This document shows, one piece after another, positions 9,257 through 16,549 of a stretch of 16,549 nucleotides of DNA. Source of the DNA: Azolla caroliniana (taxonomy: Eukaryota; Plantae; Polypodiophyta); assembly GCA_043228905.1 (NCBI GenBank), contig JBHGNT010000739.1, positions 1-16,549 on the forward strand, in the 5' to 3' direction. How positions within the stretch are numbered: position 1 is the first letter of the stretch; the number at the start of each line of letters is the position of its first letter. The position numbers and the translations under genes are program-made. The notes under the pieces are model-generated. The model made no database searches. It was not told the origin of the DNA and was given only the letters and a program-made list of their open reading frames with translations.

Positions 9257-11812
9257 TCAAACCCAAGTTGGCATTTTTTTCATTCTCATGGCTTCAACTT
9301 TCCGTGACTCCTCATTCATGTTGGCTGCTGCATAAATATTTGCCATAAGAACATAAGCTGAAGCATCGCAACTATCGAGTTTTACTACTTGGTCAAAAGC
9401 TAATTTCCCAATGTCCACATTGCCCCATTTTCTACAAGCATCCAATAGTGTACGCCAAGCCACAGTACATGAATCCGAAGGCAGCATCTTCTCAATTTCA
9501 CACATGGCCTTATCCAGGTAGCCCATGTGTCCAAAAACATCTACCATGCAAGAACGATGTTCTATGGTTGGTTTAATGTCATATTTTTTACTCATATCTT
9601 CAAAATATGATTGAGCTTCTTCAAAAAGCCCCGATCGACTACATGCATTCAATAGAGAAAGGAAGGTTATGGCATCTGGTCTAGTACCCATACTTTCCAT
9701 CTTTTGGAAACATTTTACTGCATCGATGCCTTTGCCCCACTGGGCATACCCAGATATTAATGCATTCCAAGAGACTACATCTTGAGAAACGAGGCTTTCG
9801 AGCACTTCTTGTGCCTTCTCGAGTGCACCACATTTCGCATATAGATCCACCAGAGCAGTGGTAAGCACTACGTTTTCATGCAACAAGCCTCTATCAACAA
9901 TCTCATCATGGATTTGTTCACCCTTCTCAATCATCCCAGAGCCACCACAAGCTTTTAGAATACATATATATGTGACTGCATCTGGAGAAACACCTTCCCT
10001 TTTCATCTTTTGGAAACATTTGAAAGCTTCTTGACTATGCCCCTCCTGAGCATAACCTGAAATTAGTGCATTCCAAGTGACCACATTCCGAATAAGAAGA
10101 CCATCAAACACTTCCTGTGCTTTTGGAAGAATGCCAAATTTGACATACATATCGACCAAAGCGTTTGCAAGCACAATGTCATGACCCAACAAGTTTCTAT
10201 TAACAATCTCATCATGAATTTGTTTACCCTTCTCAATCGCATTGACACTACCGCAAGCTTGCAAAATGCAGGCAAATGTGATTGCATCTGGAGAGAAACC
10301 CTCGCTTTGCATTTGTTCGTAATATTCTATTGCTTTATCACCATGTCCTTGTTGGATACAGCCTATGATCAATGCCGACCATGAGACCACATCTCGAACA
10401 GGAAGATTATACAATATCTCTTTTGCTGCGGCTAGCATACCACATTTAGCATACATTTCTACCAAGGCAGTACCAAGCATGATGTTCTTATGAAGCAAGC
10501 CCCTACTTTTTAGCTCGTCATGAATTTGTTGGCCTTTCTCAACCTCCTTTTTGTCACCACAAGCCTTCAATAAGCAAAGGAAGGTGATTTCATCCGGAAA
10601 GAAACCCTTGCTTTGCATCCTTTGGAAACAGTTAAATGCACCCTCACCCTCTCCTTGCTCGACATACCCAGCCAGAAGTGCATTCCAAGAGACTATATCA
10701 CATTCAATGAGTCCATCCAGCACTTGTTCAGCTTTTTGAAGGAGGCCACACTTTGCGTACATATCTACTAAAGCATTGCCCAGAAGAACATCTTTATATA
10801 AGAAACCCCTATTGATAATCTCACCATGCATTAGTATTCCCTTCTCAATTGCCCGATTACTCACACAAGCCTTCAAGATGCTAATGAAGGTTATACTGTT
10901 TGGAGAGAAGCCCTCATTTTGCATCCGCTGGAAACAATCCATAGCTTCATTAAATTTCCCTTCATGAGCATATCCTCCAATCAATGTATTCCAAGAGACT
11001 ACATCCCGAACATGAAGTTCACTAAGCACTTGTTGTGCTTTCTTGACCAAGCCACATTTAGAATACATATCAACCAAAGCATTACCAATCACAACATCAT
11101 CGTGCAAAAAGCCTCGGCTACTAATTTCATCATGTATTTGCCTACCCTTTTCAACTGCCCTAGCGCTCCCACATGCTTTTAAGATGCAAGTAAAAGTGAT
11201 GGCATCTGGAGAAAGACCCTCATTTTGCATCCTTTGGAAACAATCTATTGCATCATTACCAAGACCATGCTGGACATATCCGGCAATGAGTGAAGACCAA
11301 GATACTACATTCCGAATAGGAAGCTCATCCAGAACCTCTTGTGCTTTCACAAGAAAACCACATTTTGCATACATATCCACCAATGCACTTCCTAACATGA
11401 TATGTTTACAAACCAAACCTTTACTCACAACCTCTTCATGAATTCTTCTACCCTCCTCAATTGCCCCTATGTTGCCACAAGCCTTCAAAATGCAAATATA
11501 AGTGACTTCATTGGGAGACAGCCCATCATTATGCATGATTTTGAAGCAATGAATGGCTTCAATACCTTGTTTTTGTTGGGTATAACCTGAGATTAATGCA
11601 TTCCAAGAGATTATATTCCGATTAGGAAGCTCATTGAGTACATTTCGAGCTTTTGAAAGTGCCCCACATTTTGCGTACATGCTTATAAGAGTGTTTCCGA
11701 TATGAGGGCATTGTTGAAGTAATCCTCTTTTGAGAATTTCTTGGTGGATTCTAATCCCTTTGCATAGGTCTTTCTTCTTACCGCAATCTTTAAGCAATTC
11801 TATCAAAACCAT
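9257..11812 (-). CDS. PLS-class pentatricopeptide repeat protein, E subclass (putative organellar RNA-editing factor), 851 aa
   Basis: Intronless ORF with 102-aa L-S-P triplets (TFxCILKACG / GNALVDMYAKCG / SWNALIxGY). I count 23 PPR motifs ending in P2-L2-S2, then E1 (AWRTLLDACRKWGN) and E2 (AYVLMANIYAAA). No E+ or DYW domain. Confidence 0.97.
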   Translation of the reverse strand: MVLIELLKDCGKKKDLCKGIRIHQEILKRGLLQQCPHIGNTLISMYAKCGALSKARNVLNELPNRNIISWNALISGYTQQKQGIEAIHCFKIMHNDGLSPNEVTYICILKACGNIGAIEEGRRIHEEVVSKGLVCKHIMLGSALVDMYAKCGFLVKAQEVLDELPIRNVVSWSSLIAGYVQHGLGNDAIDCFQRMQNEGLSPDAITFTCILKACGSARAVEKGRQIHDEISSRGFLHDDVVIGNALVDMYSKCGLVKKAQQVLSELHVRDVVSWNTLIGGYAHEGKFNEAMDCFQRMQNEGFSPNSITFISILKACVSNRAIEKGILMHGEIINRGFLYKDVLLGNALVDMYAKCGLLQKAEQVLDGLIECDIVSWNALLAGYVEQGEGEGAFNCFQRMQSKGFFPDEITFLCLLKACGDKKEVEKGQQIHDELKSRGLLHKNIMLGTALVEMYAKCGMLAAAKEILYNLPVRDVVSWSALIIGCIQQGHGDKAIEYYEQMQSEGFSPDAITFACILQACGSVNAIEKGKQIHDEIVNRNLLGHDIVLANALVDMYVKFGILPKAQEVFDGLLIRNVVTWNALISGYAQEGHSQEAFKCFQKMKREGVSPDAVTYICILKACGGSGMIEKGEQIHDEIVDRGLLHENVVLTTALVDLYAKCGALEKAQEVLESLVSQDVVSWNALISGYAQWGKGIDAVKCFQKMESMGTRPDAITFLSLLNACSRSGLFEEAQSYFEDMSKKYDIKPTIEHRSCMVDVFGHMGYLDKAMCEIEKMLPSDSCTVAWRTLLDACRKWGNVDIGKLAFDQVVKLDSCDASAYVLMANIYAAANMNEESRKVEAMRMKKMPTWV

Positions 11813-11996
11813 GGGATGTATTTCTGTTTTTTACTCTTACTCTTTGCCATTCTTCTACTTGGCATCCTTAAGCAATTCTAAATGATGATGGTCATTGGAT
11901 TTTGCTCCATTTTCCATTCTTCTGGTCAGCAGAAACCTAGAACAATCGTCTAGAAATTCATTGGCAATCTGCTCTGTTTTCCATACTTTTACTTCA

Positions 11997-12211
11997 CATG
12001 ATCCTTAAACAATTTTATAGAGAACCATATGATTTTGCTCTGTTTTACATCCCTCTACAAGGCACAACATGATCCTTAAAACAATTGTATAGAAAGCCAT
12101 ATGATTTTGCGCTGTTTTACATCCCTCTACAAGGTACAACATGATCCTTAAAACAATTGTATAGAAAGCCATATGATTTTGCTCTGTTTTACATCCCTCT
12201 ACAAGGCACAA
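11997..12211. repeat. 72-bp tandem repeat, three near-identical copies, with degenerate copies from ~11780 to ~12290
   Basis: Units starting CATGATCCTTAAA at 11997, 12068 and 12140. Confidence 0.95.
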
Positions 12212-12321
12212 TCATTGAACGATCCTAATGATGAGATGATGGCAACCGGATCTTGATCTGTTTATTTTCCTGCTCTCTCTTGTTTACCATTGTTCTGCTC
12301 TATTTGATGTTATTCTCTCCA

Positions 12322-12402
12322 TGAAAAAGACTCTCGAATCTGGGTTTTTGTTGACTTCCCTAAATGCCCCTGCATTTTCATTATTTGCCCAAATGCCCCT
12401 CG
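12322..12402 (-). repeat. Fragment of the same GGGGCATTT sub-repeat element as at 1180-1470
   Basis: Its reverse complement (GGGGCATTTGGGCAAATAATGAAAATGCAGGGGCATTTAGGGAAGTCAACAAAAACCC) aligns by eye with ~1390-1470. Confidence 0.55.
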
Positions 12403-12405
12403 AGG

Positions 12406-12440
12406 TTTTTTTTTTTTGGGGGGGGGGGGGGGGGGCGGGG
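12406..12440. repeat. Abutting homopolymers T12-G18-C-G4
   Basis: Read directly from the sequence. Confidence 0.9.
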
Positions 12441-12589
12441 AGAACATGAAGAAAAGGAAAGGCAAATCATTAGTTAACAAAATGTTGCATGCTCAGGACA
12501 TGGCTCGAACACTCGTATAGCGCTTCATGGAAGCTGTTTTGTATAATAATGAAAACTTGAGCTAACGCTCATTCGTTATACTTTGATTG

Positions 12590-12609
12590 ATATATATATA
12601 TATATATAT
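12590..12609. repeat. (AT)10 microsatellite
   Basis: Read directly from the sequence. Confidence 0.9.
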
Positions 12610-13103
12610 GAACCAATGTAATGAAAATCAACAATAAACTAAAAACCAAGACTAATATTGATCCATGGTACGAGCACGTGCATTGGGACAACGTTTTTTC
12701 ACATATGCTCTCTCGTGAAGTAGCATTTTGTGGTTCTACGAAATTTCTACTTGTCGAGCCATATTTGAAACCTCGTTAAGTTTAAATTTACTCAAACTCA
12801 TTGCTCTCTCTCAACTACTCGACTTGTCTTGACTCTTGTGTCTTTCTGTACCAAGTTTTACATCTTACTCCATTAAATCATCATGTGTCATGTCGTCAAC
12901 TCCAATGTTGATAGAAGACCTCGCGACAATGTTAAAACCTCACACATTGCTAACATGAAACATGGCTCCTTCACAAATTTGCTATTGTCTCTCTCTTCAC
13001 AATCCTTGCTCTATTCCTTTCTCTTCCCTCACAACTCTACAACCTTTTATAGGGTTCAATATCCAATCATGATGGAGAGGAGGCGCACAACAATGCGTAT
13101 CGC

Positions 13104-13514
13104 GTATATTACCATAAAGATTGAGAATCAATTGGATAGGCTTATATAGTTACAATCATAGAGACATATGCTTGAAAAACAAACTTTTTGCTGCATATGA
13201 GAGTAGCTCACAACGGTAATCCACCCATGTGCTCACACCTTAGAGCTTGGACGAGCTTTGATGGGATTTGGATTGATCTATTACAAAATTAGTGGGGATA
13301 GATAAGTATATCGCTAGAAAGATTGAGAAACGATTAGATAGGCACACATATTTACAATCACAATGATGTATGTTTGAAAAACAAACTTTCTACTACATAT
13401 GAGAGTAGCTCATAATGGTAATCTACCCATGTGCTCACACCTTAGAGCTTTGATGGGTTTCGATGGGATCTGGAGTCTGGATTGGTCAATTACAAAATTA
13501 CTAGGGATAGATAA
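13104..13514. repeat. Tandem duplication with ~202-bp period (13104-13305 and 13306-13514)
   Basis: Shared blocks AAAGATTGAGAA, TTGAAAAACAAACTTT, CATATGAGAGTAGCTCA and ACCCATGTGCTCACACCTTAGAGCTT in both copies. Confidence 0.9.
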
Positions 13515-14004
13515 TAGTCACGACTCACAACCATTGTGTAAGAGATAGACAAATAGTGTGTGTGAACTATGTATATTGTTTGTCTGGTCTTAGTGTCTCA
13601 TTAAATGTGCAAGTCTCTTGATACAAGCTAATGCTAGATATTGCTTATCTTAAAGTCAATGGCACATACTTCAAGGCTAAGTACATTTTAACTTGTCCAC
13701 ATAGTATTCTTCTAGTTGACCAACCTAGTCAATCCTATTACCCTACTCCCATCTTTCCTAAATACATTCTCATTCTACTCATCTATGGTTTCTTACATTA
13801 ACACCTTATTGACCCATATGTTCAGGTTCCACAATACATATCTAATCCTCATTTGGGGCACTATCACAAAACGTGCACTCTAATAATACATGTAGGGATA
13901 ATTTGACAACTCGAGGGTTGATCATTGGTTATATCAAAATACACTCTAATTAGGAATCGACAACGACTCGACTCAAGCCTAAATTGAAACATCAAACAAT
14001 TATT

Positions 14005-14270
14005 AAACGGTTTGGCGGTTCGGTTCGGTTCAGTTTTGGCTTGAGCTTCCTTAACCGGTTTGAGATTGCCGGACCGGTTACCAAGTAGTTTAAGGCTTAA
14101 TTGGCTTGGCTAAATCGGTTTAGACTTAACCAGTTTGGCCAAACCGGTTAGTCTAAATCGTTTCCTTGTCACGGGCGTGTGTGTAATATTAGAGAGGAAT
14201 CAGCAACGGTTCGGTTTCGGCGTAACCGGTTTGTCCTTGTCCAAACCAAACCGGTTAAGCCTAAACTGAA
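14005..14270. mobile_element. MITE/hAT-like element rich in AACCGGTT and CGGTT motifs
   Basis: Many CGGTT/AACCG motifs; imperfect inverted ends TTCAGTTTTGGCTT (from 14029) and AAGCCTAAACTGAA (to 14270). No TSD identified. Confidence 0.5.
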
Positions 14271-14378
14271 GAAAGATGTACTGATCTCTTTGTGTGGCGA
14301 GTGTGTCCGGACAGACGGAACGACCAAAATCAATACATTCTGTAGGGAGCAGGTGTGAAACCGACAGTCCTCGACCAC

Positions 14379-14580
14379 GAAGAAGAAGACGAAGAAGAAG
14401 AAGAAGAGAGAGAAGATGTGTCACTGTGTCTCATAACGGCCTCACCACCCCCGCATTCCTAACCCTAGTCTCCACAGACATGCAGAAGGAAGCATCGTCG
14501 ACGATTTGATCGATCAATCTCCATTTCTCATCAGCTTATCAGAGTGAATCAGGCGTGATCTCTTGATGGACGAACCCTAG
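14379..14580 (+). promoter_or_regulatory. Likely promoter/5' leader of the plus-strand gene: (GAA)n tract and two telo-box-like AACCCTAG motifs
   Basis: GAA repeat 14379-14415, AACCCTAG at 14461 and 14573, locally CpG-rich. Confidence 0.4.
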
Positions 14581-14602
14581 CCATGAATTGAATCGAACTA
14601 TA

Positions 14603-14606
<4 letters not shown>

Positions 14607-14646
<40 letters not shown>
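14607..14646. repeat. (AG)20 microsatellite in the presumed 5' UTR
   Basis: Read directly; about 55 nt upstream of ATG 14701. Confidence 0.95.
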
Positions 14647-14651
<5 letters not shown>

Positions 14652-14700
14652 GATGAAAGTAAGATGAAGTCAGAAGAAAGTGGAGACACGGTGGAGGGAT

Positions 14701-14809
14701 ATGGATGTAAGGAGTTCGAAAAAGCAAAGAGGAGGAAAGTTCTCACATTATGACTACAAAGCTCCTTCCTCTCATGTCATCATCCTCTTACTTCAATCTC
14801 TCCTTTCAG
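14701..14809 (+). CDS. Uncharacterised secreted/surface protein, exon 1
   Basis: ATG 14701 (in-frame stop upstream at 14665). MDVRSSKKQRGGKFSHYDYKAPSSHVIILLLQSLLS then CAG|GTAATG donor in phase 1, matching the open frame of the exon at 16085. Confidence 0.65.
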
Positions 14810-16084
14810 GTAATGGTTTCTCATACAATGCACGGGCTAGTTTTTCTGGTCAGGTTTTCGCAGGAAAAGTTGTTTTTTCCCCCTTTCTTTATTGCCGGGA
14901 TGATTTTTCTTCACAAAATACTATATCCATCTATCTATCTCTATATCTCTATAATTTTCTTTCCCACTTGATGATTTTTTCCTTTTAACCACTCGCGAAA
15001 TACTAGGAAAAATTGTGACAAAATATGCAAGCTCGCAGAAGGAATTCAGCTGAAACAGATTCCTGTATTTTTTTCAAATATTTCATCCCTACATTTGTTC
15101 TTTCTCCATTAGCAGGATAATATTTTTTTTACTCTTTTGGGGCATAAAATAATACCGAAATTGTGAGAAAATGTCCCACAAAATATTTGTATATGAAATC
15201 AGCAGCGAAAAAATCTATATATTTCTCCTTTTCAAGCAGAAATTTGAGACAATATACCAAAAATTTATATGGGAATTCGGCAGGTTTTGTATACACATAT
15301 ATTCCATTTGGATTTTGCCCCATACTTTGGTCTTGCAAAATTTTGGGAGAATTTTCTTATAACATGGCATGGGATTCATTTTCATGCATGCATAATAGAA
15401 AACTGCAGTGAAAGGGTATGGAGTTTAACAGAACTTCTACGTGTTTCATTGCTATGCAATTTTAGCTAGATTGGTGGTGCAGTTGGTGTTACACGGCTCG
15501 CTGGAAGTTCCACAAACCAATTTTAGCTTCCCAAATCCCTACTAGTTTGCTACTATATGGTGTTTAAAAGGGCGAAGTTGACAACACTCTATTCCTAGTT
15601 GTTAGTTACACACACAAAATTATGAAGTCAGAAGTCAAATAAAGGGGCATGGGGATTTGGGAGGCCTTACAATCACCTAGCCTTACAGATAGGTAATAGT
15701 CGTTCTCATCTCACTGCTCTATGGCATAATACGGTGGCTAAACGAGCTGGGATGGCAAGACTTTACACATTGACTTGAAATTAGTTCTCAAATTAAGTTT
15801 AGAGATAAGGCATTCAGATGGCCTTATGGTCATCTGCAATATAGTAGTCAGGAAAGTTATGGTCTACACATATACAGTTTCCATGCCCAATTCATTACTT
15901 AAATGGATCCACCCTCTAGGATGTACAAATATCCCACTACATAGTGCTCGTAGGAATCATGTAAGAAAGTGGTATTAGTAATTTTTGAGTTTAAAATAAA
16001 ATATTATTTGTAGACTTATTTGTTTCCCGCCTCGTTTGCCCGTCAACTTTATGAAATTTTCATCAAATTTGCTATATATTACAG

Positions 16085-16549
16085 CTACACTGGTGGAATC
16101 TGCGTACATGCTAAGCAAAGATTGCACGAAGATAAGTCTGAAAGGAAGGAGAGTTACAGTTATTGAGGGAAAGCCTTTCAATTTTTTCCTGCAACCTTAT
16201 ATTGTTGACTGTGATAATCCTAGTTGCAAGACTTACTATGGCCGAGAGCTTGTTTGTGATACAAGTCCAAATTGCAAATCTTGCAGTATGTACAAGGGCC
16301 CATTTTCTCCGGACAGGATTCAAGTTGGTATATGGTTACTATCAGACATTCATGTTAGGGCACCTGGCTCTAGTTGCAGCATTGGGAGCACCCCTACTGC
16401 TTTGGTACGTGGGTCATACCCAGTTTCATGTGTGATCAAGAACAGATATGCAAGCAATGTTTATCAGTATCTTTTGCGTGTCGTAGTCTTCGATAGCACA
16501 AAGCCTAATGATCTTGGCTCTTCAGCTGACTTGTTTGCTATGGTAGGCT
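16085..16549 (+). CDS. Uncharacterised Cys-rich extracellular protein with an Ig/cadherin-like pattern, exon 2 (open to the window end)
   Basis: tattacag| acceptor, then 155 codons with no stop: ATLVESAYMLSKDCTKISLKGRRVTVIEGKPFNFFLQPYIVDCDNPSCKTYYGRELVCDTSPNCKSCSMYKGPFSPDRIQVGIWLLSDIHVRAPGSSCSIGSTPTALVRGSYPVSCVIKNRYASNVYQYLLRVVVFDSTKPNDLGSSADLFAMVG. Possible donor ATG|GTAGGC at 16542/16543. Confidence 0.75.

Noticed and set aside
10063-11590. ORFs overlapping or antisense to the PPR gene
   Set aside because: Shadow frames of the repetitive PPR coding sequence.
12005-12211. 68-aa repetitive ORF as a separate gene, or the 72-bp array as CRISPR
   Set aside because: It arises from a 72-bp unit that is a multiple of three, with no unique spacers, in a eukaryotic context.
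14524-14534. Hammerhead ribozyme core (CTGATGA-GAAA on the minus strand)
   Set aside because: No stem II between the core motifs and no supporting stems I or III.
14169-14746. ORFs with poly-Arg, poly-Leu or SLSL runs
   Set aside because: Translations of the (GAA)n and (AG)n microsatellites.
14750-14809. Alternative first exon MTTKLLPLMSSSSYFNLSFQ (transit-peptide-like)
   Set aside because: It ends in phase 0, and splicing to 16085 gives a stop after 9 codons.
14664-15634. 13-bp direct repeat ATGAAGTCAGAAG at 14664 and ~15622
   Set aside because: A match of this length is expected by chance in a 16-kb AT-rich window.
16111-16435. ORFs 16163..16435 (+) and 16111..16323 (-)
   Set aside because: Alternative frames of the longer open exon starting at 16085.

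Overview
Land-plant nuclear DNA (spliceosomal GT-AG introns, PLS-class PPR gene, plant LpxA and USP genes); a fern or other non-seed vascular plant is my inference from the PPR style, not a certainty. Left to right: (1) the 3' part of a decayed Ty1/copia element (integrase C-terminus, apparent deletion of RT/RNaseH, PPT, 3' LTR), probably inside intron 2 of (2) a minus-strand LpxA-like gene (two 5' exons visible); (3) a tRNA-Gln(UUG) head-to-head with LpxA; (4) a complete 4-exon universal stress protein gene (156 aa, minus strand, missed by the ORF track) with a solo-LTR-like insert in intron 3; (5) an intronless 851-aa PLS-E PPR gene whose start codon lies in the last copy of a degenerate ~72-bp tandem array; (6) a repeat-rich divergent intergenic region; (7) the first two exons of a plus-strand gene, also missed by the ORF track, encoding a signal-peptide-bearing, Cys-rich protein with a He_PIG/cadherin-like (Ig-like) sequence pattern. 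Item 7 is the most unusual. All family calls are from reading the sequence; no searches were run.
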